From contig CAVYXA010000001.1 in NCBI GenBank assembly GCA_963772365.1, positions 512,001 through 576,000 of the forward strand: a stretch of DNA of 64,000 nt, read 5' to 3'. Below the pieces are notes generated by a model, which saw nothing but the letters and a program-made list of their open reading frames with translations, did not search any database and was not told where the DNA came from. The DNA is from an uncultured Verrucomicrobiae bacterium. Its GTDB lineage: Bacteria; Verrucomicrobiota; Verrucomicrobiia; Chthoniobacterales; UBA10450. Below, in pieces: positions 27,561 through 37,847 of the stretch. Position numbers and translations under genes: made by a program. Numbering within the stretch: the first letter of the stretch is position 1; every line of letters begins with the position of its first letter.

Positions 27561-28455
27561 AGCTTTACACGCGCGGCGCTGGACGGACTTGCCGGAACGC
27601 GGCAGCCCTGCATTACTGCGGGCGATCACCTGGATCGCACTGCACATCGGCCGACGAATCGCGCGCCTGTTTCTTTATCCCATCACATTGTATTTCCTGA
27701 TCACCGCTCGGACGGCAAGGCGCGTCTCCTACGATTATTTAAAACGGATCCTGGGTCGCGCGATACACTGGTGGGATGTATTTCGGCATCTTCACTGCTT
27801 TGGCGCGACACTTCTGGATCGCGTTTATCTGCTCCGGGGCGATTTCGCGCAATTCGACGTCACCGTTCATGGAAACGATCTGGTCCATCGACAAATCGAA
27901 AAGGGCAACGGCTGCATCTTGATCGGGTCGCATCTCGGCAGCTTTGAAGTGTTGCGCGCAATCTGTGTTACGCAGCAGCGTTTTCCGCTCAAGGTATTGA
28001 TGGATATTGAACACAACCAAAACCTCACTCGTTTCCTCGACGGCCTGAATCCGGAAATCGCGAACACAGTCATTGTGCCGGATCGGCCGGACACATTGTT
28101 GCGCGTCAAAGAGAATCTCGATGCTGGCTTCTTCGTCGGAATGTTAGGCGACCGCGCCACCGCTAACGAGAAGACCACGCGCTGCCAGTTTCTCGGTGAG
28201 GCGGCGGAATTTCCCGCGGGTCCGATGCTGTTGGCTTCCGTGATGCATTGTCCCGTTGTCCTCTTTTTTGGCCTTTATCGTGGTGAAAATCGGTACGAGA
28301 TCCATTTTGAACATTTCGCAGATGATATCATCCTGAATCGCGATCGACGCGCCGATGACGTTCAGATGTGGACTCAGCGCTACGTCGAGCGGCTGGAATA
28401 CTACGCGCGCCTTGCGCCCTTCAACTGGTTCAATTTCTATCCGTTCTGGGATTAG
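27523..28455 (+). CDS. LpxL-like acyltransferase (aryl-polyene cluster type; start uncertain)
   Basis: WTDLPERGS, GSHLGSFEVLR, MLGDR, FLGEAAEFPAGP, APFNWFNFYPFW. Confidence 0.8.
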   Translation: MDKTAPAEISSVKALHARRWTDLPERGSPALLRAITWIALHIGRRIARLFLYPITLYFLITARTARRVSYDYLKRILGRAIHWWDVFRHLHCFGATLLDRVYLLRGDFAQFDVTVHGNDLVHRQIEKGNGCILIGSHLGSFEVLRAICVTQQRFPLKVLMDIEHNQNLTRFLDGLNPEIANTVIVPDRPDTLLRVKENLDAGFFVGMLGDRATANEKTTRCQFLGEAAEFPAGPMLLASVMHCPVVLFFGLYRGENRYEIHFEHFADDIILNRDRRADDVQMWTQRYVERLEYYARLAPFNWFNFYPFWD

Positions 28456-28467
28456 TTAGCCGACGCA

Positions 28468-28934
28468 TGAAAATCTCCGAGGCAAAGCACGCAATCTTGA
28501 TTGCAAAAGAGGAGATTCGCACGCTCATCCCGCACACAGATTCGATGTGTTTGTTAGATGGCGTCATCGAATGGAACGGGAGTTCGATTGTTTGCGTCAG
28601 CAATACACATCGGGACCCGGCAAATCCGTTGCGCCGCGGCGAAACCTTGTCAGCCGTGCATGCTTTCGAATATGCCGCTCAGGCGACGGCGGTTCATGGC
28701 GGGTTGTTAGCGCGCTCGGCCGGGACAACCGCGCCGCCGGGATATTTCGCGGCCTTGCGCGATGCTCGTCTGCACGTCGGGCGTTTGGATGATTTGCCTT
28801 CGCCGCTGTGGATCTATGCCACTCATTTGTTTGGTGAAGCCGCGAATGTCGTTTACGAATGTCGCGTCTCGGCTGGCGATCTCCCCGTTGCCGATGGCCG
28901 GGTCACGATTGTACTGCGAACCGTGATGCGCTGA
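28468..28934 (+). CDS. Hot-dog fold 3-hydroxyacyl-ACP dehydratase-like protein
   Basis: LIPHTDSMCLLDGV, EYAAQATAVHG, PGYFAALR. Confidence 0.75.
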
Positions 28935-28995
28935 GGACAGCGCACGCTACAGCATGACAGTTTGTTGTAGCGTCCGCTGTCTCAGTGGACAGCAA

Positions 28996-29739
28996 TCACA
29001 TCACGATCCCGCCATCGACACAGAGAACTTGCCCGGTGATATAGCTCGCCTCGTTTGACGCCAGGAACGCTACCGCATTGGCGATATCCTCTGGCGTCCC
29101 GGTTTTACCCATTGGGATCTTTGATTGAATTCCCTGTTTAATTTCGTCCGACAATCCCGCGGTCATATCGGTCGTGATAAAGCCCGGAGCGATGGCGTTG
29201 ACAGTGATGGCACGACTGGCCAGCTCTCGCGCCAGCGATTTGGTAAAGCCGATCAGGCCCGCCTTGCTCGCCGCATAATTCGTCTGCCCGGCGTTGCCCA
29301 TGATTCCAATGACCGAGCTAATATTAATGATTCGCCCGCTGCGCTGTTTGGTCATGCCTCGCACGAAAGGCTGAACAAAATTAAATGCACCGCGCAGGTT
29401 CGTGTTGATCACAAAGTCCCAATCCTCCACCGACATGCGCATGGCCAATCCGTCCTTCGTCACGCCCGCGTTGTTCACCAAAATGTCGATCTTGAGAAAG
29501 TCCTGCAAAATTTGCGCGCCGATCTTCTGCACTGCCGCGTGATCGGCGACATCGACCGAGTAGGCCCTCGCCGCACCGGCTCGCAGCAGATTGATTTCAT
29601 CCGCTGTCCGTTTTGCGTTTGCTTCGGTTCTGCTCACGCAAGCCACTGACGCGCCTTCGCCGGCCAGACGAACAGCAATGGCATGTCCGATCCCCCGCCC
29701 CGCTCCCGTCACAACAGCAATCTGGTTCTCAAATCTCAT
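28996..29739 (-). CDS. fabG: 3-oxoacyl-ACP reductase
   Basis: TGAGRGIG, NNAGVTKD, GNAGQTNYAASKAG, APGFITTDMT, YITGQVLCVDGG. Confidence 0.95.
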   Translation of the reverse strand: MRFENQIAVVTGAGRGIGHAIAVRLAGEGASVACVSRTEANAKRTADEINLLRAGAARAYSVDVADHAAVQKIGAQILQDFLKIDILVNNAGVTKDGLAMRMSVEDWDFVINTNLRGAFNFVQPFVRGMTKQRSGRIINISSVIGIMGNAGQTNYAASKAGLIGFTKSLARELASRAITVNAIAPGFITTDMTAGLSDEIKQGIQSKIPMGKTGTPEDIANAVAFLASNEASYITGQVLCVDGGIVM

Positions 29740-30872
29740 TCGCTGACTTGCATCCATCGCTTCTTATGTGCGCTTTGGCTCACTGCGTCCAGCACACACT
29801 GATTTCGCATTCCCTCGGCAAAGCCTGGCTGCACGCCTTTTCCTTTCGCCACTGCTTGAACAAAATCCGCAATCGTATGGATGAACGAATGCTCGTATCC
29901 AATAATGTGACCAGGCGGCCACCACTTGTCGATGTAAGGATGGTCCGACTCGGTCACAATGATATTGCGGAAACCCTGTCGATCTTTGGAGTCGCGCATC
30001 GAGAAAAATTTAAGCCGATTCATCTTTTCCAAATTGAAAACCAGGGAGCCTGCGCTGCCGTTGATTTCCAGCTCGAGACCGTTCTTGCGGCCAGGGGCAA
30101 ATCGTGTCGCTTCCAGACTGGCCAGCGCTCCATTCTTAAATCGACCAATCATTGTGACGGCATCATCGACCGTAACCCGGCCGCGCGCATGGCGGCGTTC
30201 GATCGATGGCCGCTCTTTCACAAACGTCTCCATCGCGGCGCACACTTCTCGAAGTTCGCCCACTAAAAAGCGCGCAAGATCGACAATGTGCGAGAAAATA
30301 TCTCCCAGCGCACCGGAACCAGCCACGTCGGACTGCAATCGCCAGACCAGCGGAAATTTCGGATCGACAATCCAATCTTGCGCATAACGAGCACGAAAAT
30401 GAAAGATTTTGCCTAATTCCCCGCGACCGATCATTTGTTTCGCCAAAGCGATTGCCGGAACGCGGCGATAATTATGACAGACCATGTTCACCACTCCCGC
30501 TCGCTCCACGGCTCGCACCATTCTTTTCACTTCCTTCAAATTGCGGGCCAGCGGTTTCTCGCAAAGAATCGCTTTTCCCGACCGGGCCGCAGCGACTGCG
30601 ATTTCGCAATGCGAGTCGTTGGGCGTGCAGATATCGACGATGTCGATCCTCGGATCGTCCATGATCCGACGCCAATCGGCTTCGGCTTTTTCCCACCCGA
30701 ACTGCCGCGCTGCTTTTCTGGTCGCAGCAATGTCGCGTCCGCAGATCGTTTTCATTTCCACATTTGCCGGCAAATCGAAAAAATGCGGCGCCTGCCGCCA
30801 GGCATTAGAATGCGCCTTGCCCATGAACTTGTAACCGACCAGAGCGACTGCGAGGGTACGTCTGGTGCTCAT
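29736..30872 (-). CDS. Gfo/Idh/MocA family oxidoreductase
   Basis: GYKFMGKAH, DICTPNDSH, CEKPLA, GSGALGDIFSH, WWPPGHIIGYEH. Confidence 0.9.
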   Translation of the reverse strand: MSTRRTLAVALVGYKFMGKAHSNAWRQAPHFFDLPANVEMKTICGRDIAATRKAARQFGWEKAEADWRRIMDDPRIDIVDICTPNDSHCEIAVAAARSGKAILCEKPLARNLKEVKRMVRAVERAGVVNMVCHNYRRVPAIALAKQMIGRGELGKIFHFRARYAQDWIVDPKFPLVWRLQSDVAGSGALGDIFSHIVDLARFLVGELREVCAAMETFVKERPSIERRHARGRVTVDDAVTMIGRFKNGALASLEATRFAPGRKNGLELEINGSAGSLVFNLEKMNRLKFFSMRDSKDRQGFRNIIVTESDHPYIDKWWPPGHIIGYEHSFIHTIADFVQAVAKGKGVQPGFAEGMRNQCVLDAVSQSAHKKRWMQVSE

Positions 30873-30929
30873 GAGCAAATGCTATAAATTTGGAAGCTTA
30901 TCGAACGCAAGAAGCGAAATCTTTGCAGA

Positions 30930-31523
30930 ATGAAATGTCCCTCGTGTCACGCCCCGCTCCTTCAGCCATCGCCTCAGTGTCCGAGGTGCAACCTTACGCT
31001 CAGACAGCTCGAACGAAAGTTTGGATCGGTTCCGCTCTATTCCCGTTACATCACCGATCGAGCCGGCAGGTTATCTGCCCGCGACGTCAAACTATCGCGT
31101 GGTTTACTCCACCTGTTCGAACGCAAATTTCCGCAGACGCTTTTTTCCGTAATGGTGGTCAACCTTGGTTCGAAAGTATCTATTTCCGAATATGCATTCT
31201 GGCTGATCAATCGCGCCCGGTTCGGAACGCTCGACCAGATTGGATCGAAAAATTTCGAGTTACTCCTCGTAATAGATCCAGAAGGTCAAGCCGCCGCATT
31301 GACGGCCGGTTATGGACTGGAGAATTACCTTTCCGAGGAGGATCTGAAAAGTTGCCTCGCTGCCGGAAACCACGGTTTTCGTAGCGGCGATCTTGCTGGT
31401 GGCATCGAGCATTGTGTCGAAGGGATGATGGATCGGCTTCGCGAGATTGCTCTTCGGATCGAGAAAGCCAGCACCACGGCGGAGACGACAGATATCTCTA
31501 CAACGACCACAGAAATCCGATGA
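30930..31523 (+). CDS. Zn-ribbon plus TPM-like domain protein
   Basis: CPSC...CPRC; ITDRAGRLS...LLLVID...AGYGLE. Confidence 0.7.
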   Translation: MKCPSCHAPLLQPSPQCPRCNLTLRQLERKFGSVPLYSRYITDRAGRLSARDVKLSRGLLHLFERKFPQTLFSVMVVNLGSKVSISEYAFWLINRARFGTLDQIGSKNFELLLVIDPEGQAAALTAGYGLENYLSEEDLKSCLAAGNHGFRSGDLAGGIEHCVEGMMDRLREIALRIEKASTTAETTDISTTTTEIR

Positions 31524-31927
31524 TGCCAATAGACAAATTCCGAAAGCGCGCGCTCGTGACGGCCTTGTTCCTGTCGATCTCCGCCAGCGCGCTTCTGCCA
31601 CCAGCTCACTCGCAAGGCATTTTTATGACCACGCCGACTCCGACGCCGGAGGCTCGACAGGAAAACCCATTCGCAAAATTTGTAGCACCGCATCGGAAAC
31701 CGACTCCGCTGATATGGAAACTCGCGATTGTTCTTGCCGCGGTGGCGGCTGTGTCCGTCGCCTTGTGGATCTCGGTCCGCATGTGGCGATCGGCCAATTT
31801 GTTCGATCGCGAATATCGGTTTCCGATTCCGTCAACGGCCGCGCTCCGGCTGGGCGCCAGCCGATCGGGCGGCCACATGGCCACGATCCGGTTTTCGGAT
31901 CGAGCGGGACCGACGAGCGGAACATAG
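31520..31927 (+). CDS. Hypothetical membrane protein
   Basis: ATGA overlap with the upstream gene; signal peptide and TM helix. Confidence 0.65.
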   Translation: MMPIDKFRKRALVTALFLSISASALLPPAHSQGIFMTTPTPTPEARQENPFAKFVAPHRKPTPLIWKLAIVLAAVAAVSVALWISVRMWRSANLFDREYRFPIPSTAALRLGASRSGGHMATIRFSDRAGPTSGT

Positions 31928-32024
31928 GGCTGTGCCCTGTGCGGCCAGCGGGTTTGAAACCCGCTGAGGCCGAAACAGCGGAGAGAGTCTCCGCTGGGCA
32001 CACAGGCTGAAAGTCTATGTTCCG
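31918..32024. repeat. REPIN-like palindrome between convergent genes
   Basis: CGGAACATAG ... CTATGTTCCG terminal inverted repeat with internal hairpins CAGCGGGTTTGAAACCCGCTG and CAGCGGAGAGAGTCTCCGCTG. Confidence 0.75.
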
Positions 32025-32990
32025 GCGAAGATCCTTAAGAACGCCACTTCGATGGCGAGCGCTTCCTGAATATTGCGGCCCGAGATGATCGCGTAATTCC
32101 TCCACATAACCTATCCGGCGCAGGATCTCGGTGCTACTGAGTTGTTTGGCGATTATGCCGGTTTCCTTTCGCGCTTCGGGAAAATCCCGTCGATCAAGAT
32201 CAGTCGCAGCGCGAAGAACGTCCGTCCACCAGCATAGCAGGACTTCAATGAGGTCAGCCCTTCGTTGCAAATAGCGGCTTTCGGAAAGCGCCTTGTAATA
32301 TTGTTCTCGCTCTTCCAGCCAGACGCCATCCGTTGAATTGCGATAGCGTGCTTCCTCCATTTTCAATGCTTCGTCGGTGTTCGCTTTGATCTCTTCCCGG
32401 ATCGATCGCAGCAGAAGCTGAAATTCTTGGGCCAATCGATAGGCAGACTGAACGCTCCACGATCTTTCTTTCGCCGATTCCCGGAGCAAGTCTACAAATT
32501 TCATCTTGTCAGGATCGGATTGGGCGGCCCCGTTTGGAGAAAGAGAAATAGCGATGCACCGCGATACAATCGTGTCCGGCAACGCTTCAGGCAGGGCGCT
32601 CAAGAGAAGCAGCAACGAATCTTTGGGAGGTTCTTCGAGTGTCTTGAGAAACGCATTGGCCGCCTGCGGCTGAAGCCGGTCCGCCTCGAAAATAATCGCC
32701 ACCTTCAGGCGTCCGCCAATCGCACGCATTTGCAACGTGTGCTCCAGCTCGCGCACCTGCTCGATGACAATCCGTCGCGATTTCGATTCCGGTTCCGCGG
32801 TGAAAACCTCGCGCGAATTGGCCGAGAAGATCTCATTCGCATCGGTCTTATTGACGAACCCAGCCAGTTCCGCGGCGAGCTGCCGCTTTCCACTGCCGGC
32901 CGGACCCGAAATCAAATAGGCATGCGCAAGCCGGTTCTGGTCGTAAGCCCGCCGCAGATAATCGAGTGCTTTGTCTCGGGAAAAGGACAT
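32015..32990 (-). CDS. holB: DNA polymerase III delta' subunit (frameshift near 32080)
   Basis: HAYLISGPAGSGK, IEQVR, AANAFLKTLEEPP, TIVSRC; likely C-terminus GRNIQEALAIEVAFLRIFAGT* in the shifted frame; follows tmk. Confidence 0.88.
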
Positions 32991-32991
32991 T

Positions 32992-33666
32992 TCAGATTTT
33001 CGATTTTCGATTTTCGATTTTCGATTGCGACGCAAGCGCCGGAAATCGCGTCAAAAGTATTTGCCAGATTTCCTCGTCGATCTTCTCTGGCGACTGCGTG
33101 CCATCGATCAGCATCACCCGCTTGGGCTCACGAACGGCAAGCTCGCGATAAGCTTCACGCACTCGCTCGTAAAACTCGGCTGGCTGTTGTTCCATTCGAT
33201 CGGATCTGCGCGGTTGTTGGCGCATTCTTGTTTCTGCCGTCTCCGCATCGACATCGAGAACAAATGTAATATCCGGAATGCAGTCCCCGATCGCGAATGC
33301 ATTCAACTGCTCAACCATTTGGCGATCCAGTTTCCGCGCGGCGCCCTGGTACACAGTGGTTGAATCAAAAAAACGATCGGCGATTACGCAGACGCCGCGT
33401 TCCAGCGCCGGTTGGATCACTTCGCGCACAAGCTGACTCCGGCTCGCTTCAAACAAAAGCAGCTCGCACTCCGGCGTCATCGCGCTGTTATGCGGCGCGA
33501 ATTGAATCAGTTCCCGAATGCTTTCTCCGATCGGCGTGCCGCCCGGCTCGCGAGTCACCAGAAATGGAACGCCAAACTTTTCCAGACGCCTCGCCAGTCG
33601 CCGCACCTGCGTAGATTTCCCGCAGCCTTCCGATCCTTCAAATGTGATGAATGGCAAGCGCTCCAT
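32992..33666 (-). CDS. tmk: Thymidylate kinase
   Basis: FITFEGSEGCGKSTQ, REPGGT, DRFFDSTTVYQG, DRMEQ. Confidence 0.96.
   Translation of the reverse strand: MERLPFITFEGSEGCGKSTQVRRLARRLEKFGVPFLVTREPGGTPIGESIRELIQFAPHNSAMTPECELLLFEASRSQLVREVIQPALERGVCVIADRFFDSTTVYQGAARKLDRQMVEQLNAFAIGDCIPDITFVLDVDAETAETRMRQQPRRSDRMEQQPAEFYERVREAYRELAVREPKRVMLIDGTQSPEKIDEEIWQILLTRFPALASQSKIENRKSKI
32994..33026. repeat. Heptamer tandem repeat (GATTTTC)n at the tmk 3' end
   Basis: AGATTTTCGATTTTCGATTTTCGATTTTCGATT; encodes the tail SKIENRKSKI. Confidence 0.85.
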
Positions 33667-33820
33667 GATGTCGATCTTGAAGTAAATCGACGGCGATGTC
33701 GAACCCGCTGTAGCCCCGAATGCTTTCGGGGCTGTCCACAGCGGATGAATCGAATTGCCAGATTACGATGACGATGCGCTCAGGAAAGCGCACTCTACAA
33801 CCCGAACTGTTGCTTGCCGC

Positions 33821-36009
33821 CTAGGGCAAACCCGTGCCGATTTTCGATTTCAGGAGCGCAATGTCCACTGAATCGATAAAGCCGTTGGCAGTCACGTCGG
33901 ACCGGAAATTTGTCTGATTCATTTGTTGACCGATCCGCGATTTCGTCTGAACCAGATCGGAGGCGTTGACTGCGCCGTTCCCGTTCGTGTCACCGACGAG
34001 GATCGACATCGGAATTACGAAATTTGTCGAACCGTTCACACCATACAGTGTCACTTGAATGGTCTCTGCGTTAGCGACACTGGTGAGTGGAATGACCACA
34101 ATATTTCCGCTTACCTGAACCACGCCGCCATTGCCAACGCCGTTGCTTCCGACGGTTCCGACCCCTGACGTGACTGCTGCCTGCGGGCTACCGTTAATTG
34201 TTACGGTAGCTGAAAAAGTTATCACCATGGTATAATCGCTTGTGTTTCCGCCACTGCGGCATTCGATGCCATGCGCTCCATCTAACGGAAGAGAGATGTC
34301 AAAATCAGCAACAACGCCGTGCCTTTTTCTCGAAACAGCGCTCTGCAATGTAGGCAGCGGCGTCGCCGCGTAGTAAACTCCACCTGAATTCAAGTAGTCG
34401 TAGTTGTTGCCGACATAGTAGCCGCCGCCCCAGATCACCATTTTATCGCCAGTCCACACCGCCGTGTGTGAGTCCCGGGCATGGGGCACATTCAAGGTGC
34501 TCGTGGCTGTCCAGCTATCCATCCCAGGATCGTATCTGCCACCGGTGTCGAAATCCAGCCCGGGGCTGCAGCAGACACCGCCCCAAACGATCATTTCGCT
34601 GCCCGTCCACACCGCAGTGTGAGAATCTCGGCCAGAGGGGGCGTTGAATGTGCTAATCGCACTCCAGCTATTCGCGGAAGGACTGTATCTAGCTCCCGTG
34701 TCATAATCGTTGAGGTTCGAATCCAACCCACCCCAGATGATCATTTCGTTGCCGCTCCAGATACTTGTGTGAGCGAACCGGCCACCGGGCGCGTTCGCAG
34801 GACCTAGTAGCCGTCCAGCTATCCGTCGTCGGATTGTACTTGCCACCAGTGTTGAGCGCAATCGTTTGATTCGTCCCGCCCCAGACGACCATTTCACCGC
34901 CCGTCCACTCAACCGTATGATACCATCGTCGTTCTGGCGCGTTTGTTGTGCTCATCGCAACCCAGCTATCGGTCGCCGGATTGTATTTGCCGCCAGTGTT
35001 GTACCAGGTGGAGTAATCGTAGCCACCCCACACGATCATCTCAGTGCCGGTCCAGGCAGCACTGTGTAAGGCTCGCCCTATAGGTGCATTGACAATGCTG
35101 ATAGCCATCCAGCCATCATCGATAGGATCGTACTTCGCTCCCGTGTTAAAAAATTCGCCATTAGCGCCACCTCCCCAGACGATCATTTCACTCCCAGTCC
35201 ACACGGCAGTGTGAAGCCACCGGGGGGTAGGTGCATTTATGGTACCTGGTAGGTGTCCAAAGATCAGTCGTGGGATCGTATCTCCCTCCGGTGTTCAGGT
35301 TATGCCAACCGTTGTTAAGAAAAGCTCCACCCCATATTATCATTTCACTCCCGGTCCAAATTGCCGTGTGCCCGCTGCGGGCGTCCGGAGCACTCGCGCT
35401 AGTGGTAGCCGTCCACATGTTGCCTGCGCTGCCGGTCGGTACGACGATTTTCGGGAGCCTGTAAATGAAATTCCTCGAATCGTAGGGCGAAGGTGTTGTT
35501 CGGTCTATTGCTGCACTCCTTCGATTTTTGACGTCACGAATTAGGCGGTCTGTTACAACTGGCATGGCCAAACACTGTGCAATGAGAAAGGGATCATTGC
35601 CGAGTGCCTCAAATAACTCGCGTAACATCTCAGGGCGCTTGGTGTGACTGGCCATGCGATTGATCTCTCCCTGCAGCTCGCTGGTGGTGACTGACCACCC
35701 GCGGTGATCACTGATGAATTGTGACTGATGTAGATAATCCCTCACCTTCTGCTCAAGCCGCTCGCGCGAGATCACAGCATCTAGCGGAGGTTTTGCGCTT
35801 GCATTCCCCCTCGGCCAAATCCGATGTCTCCAATAAACCTCTTCGATCGCTTTCTGGTAAGTCACGCGATCGGCGAACGACAGTGTTCTGGGGGCATTGT
35901 CCTCCGGCGCTTTCGTGCCGGAGGACGTAAACTCAGGCAGCTGAGCATGCAGCGCGCCTATCCCCATCAGGCATATACCCGCCAGACGGAAAGCGTCAGT
36001 CAGGTGCAT
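33821..36009 (-). CDS. Secreted kelch-repeat protein with C-terminal dockerin-like module (frameshifts near 35245 and 34805)
   Basis: About six HTAVWTGSEMIVWGG repeats across three ORFs; SAVSRK...GIECR...GDTNGNGAVNASD...RSDVTANG. Confidence 0.8.
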
Positions 36010-36013
36010 TTGC

Positions 36014-37075
36014 TCAATTGCAAGAGGGATCAGGCTCGAGGTAAAGATAGACGTGATTATCGTCGTAAGTGATTGTCGGCGTAAAGCAGTTGCCGCTGGC
36101 GCCCTTGATTGAAACGATCGCGAACCTTGTGCTGTTCAGCCCGCCGCTCGCCTGCAGAAGAGTATAGGTCGTGCCAGCCGTGAAGGTACCGGTCATCGTC
36201 ACCGAGATACGTGCTCCAGTTAGCGATGCCGCACCTGAAACCGTGATATTATCCGCACCACTCGGCACAATGCTGCATTCGAGTGTAGCAGCGTGGCCGG
36301 AAAATGTCAGATCGCCAACGATGGCGAGCGTTCCACCACTTGGTGTGAGCGTACCCTCGACGGTCGTTCCGCTCGTTGCGGTGACAGTGCCGTTGCCGGT
36401 CAACGTACCGGACTCGTACACATGAACATTTACTGCGTTAACCATCCCATCGTTGGTGACGGTTAAGAGGCCAGTTCCGCCAGCACTGCTATTGGTTCCG
36501 CCGACAAACAAGTTCCCGTTACTGGTAACCGTCCACGTTGACTTTCTTCCATCTGGGTTTGTACCATCCACGGTTGTCGAGCCGCTCGATCCCGAATCTG
36601 CTGCGATATCCGCACCTACAGGCGTGGTAACAAGCCCGCCATTCTTAATTGTCAGCACGCCTTTGCCGTCGTAGCCGACATGCATCTCGCTGCACATGTC
36701 CAGGGTAGCATGATCTACAGACAGGTTGCCAGACTGCCCAGAATCCTTGCCAAGAAACGTCTCGCAGGCGTGAGCGGTCTGACTCAGCCCGCTAATTTGA
36801 GCCGTGCCACCGTTATTGATGTCCGCCTCGATCGTGCCTCCATCTTCGGGACAAGCGTTGCTGGCGCAAGCAGGCACGAAGTCGTGGTAGGGAGCCCAGT
36901 TCGACGGGTTGAACCAATCGCCTGCGCCGGCGTTGTCCCAAGACCTTATACAGCCACACAATGCGGCAGCGCGACTGCCTTGTGAGCTGAAAAGCACCAA
37001 GGCGGCTACGGTGAGTAGAATTATAGTTTTCGAAGAGAGTTTTGGTGCCCTTTGTGAAGCGGATTTCTTTTTCAT
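36014..37075 (-). CDS. Exported G/T/S-rich beta-strand repeat protein (autotransporter passenger-like)
   Basis: MKKKSAS leader and signal peptide; GDWFNPSNW, VGYDGKGVLTIKNGG, GTGLLTVTNDG, GTLTGNGTV. Confidence 0.7.
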   Translation of the reverse strand: MKKKSASQRAPKLSSKTIILLTVAALVLFSSQGSRAAALCGCIRSWDNAGAGDWFNPSNWAPYHDFVPACASNACPEDGGTIEADINNGGTAQISGLSQTAHACETFLGKDSGQSGNLSVDHATLDMCSEMHVGYDGKGVLTIKNGGLVTTPVGADIAADSGSSGSTTVDGTNPDGRKSTWTVTSNGNLFVGGTNSSAGGTGLLTVTNDGMVNAVNVHVYESGTLTGNGTVTATSGTTVEGTLTPSGGTLAIVGDLTFSGHAATLECSIVPSGADNITVSGAASLTGARISVTMTGTFTAGTTYTLLQASGGLNSTRFAIVSIKGASGNCFTPTITYDDNHVYLYLEPDPSCN

Positions 37076-37363
37076 AGTTCTCATCAGAGATTAAGGTTTG
37101 CGGAGATCAGAGTTTCAAGCCCTGCTTGTAGCGCCCCCCCCTCAACAAAATCAAGCTTTTCTTTTCACAAGTTGTCTTGATCGATGTGTTGATGTTTCGC
37201 CCTTCCAGTCCGGTGTTGGAGCCACTAGCATCTCAGTCGCTGCATTCCAGTGCCGATGCTGGATTTCACGATCTGCTGTCATAACGGATCAATCGAATCG
37301 CCAGATCACTTCAGGATGCGCTCAGGAGAGCGCACTCTACAACCCGAACTGTCATTTGCCGCC

Positions 37364-37471
37364 CTATGGCAGACCGGTGCTGATTTTCGATTTCAGGAGC
37401 GCAATGTCCACCGAATCGATAAAGCCGTTGGCAGTGACATCGGAGAGGAAGTTACCGGAATCACTTTGCCC
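37364..37471 (-). pseudogene. 3' remnant of a dockerin-terminated gene
   Basis: Translates GQSDSGNFLSDVTANGFIDSVDIALLKSKISTGLP*, nearly identical to the C-terminus of the gene ending at 33821. Confidence 0.75.
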
Positions 37472-37847
37472 ACACGTCATTTCATCAAATGAGTCGAGGA
37501 ACCCTGTGGCGTGCTCTGTTTGTCATGTTGAGCGAAGCGAAACATCTCAAATCATTGGCTTGTCACGCTTACTTTAAATGATCGGAGATTGAACTCGTTC
37601 CTCTCCCGACTCACTCGCCGCTACCCTTGCGGCCTTACAGTCCATGTCGTTGACTCGCGATCTCCCGATCCGCTCGGTCGGATTCCCATCGACCAATGCA
37701 GTCCATCCTCCGGCTTCCCAGCACGGTGTATTCATCCCATTCGCTCCATTCTTCGCTCCTCTCAGAATGACAAGAGAATGCTTTTCGCGCTCCCCACCTG
37801 CTTTATCCTCAGGCTTTGCGCCCCAACGCCGTTCATAGAAGAGCCTG

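Noticed and set aside
31623..32014. Long C-terminal extension of HolB in the ORF track
   Set aside because: Artefact of the frameshift near 32080; it runs through a repeat and antisense to another gene.
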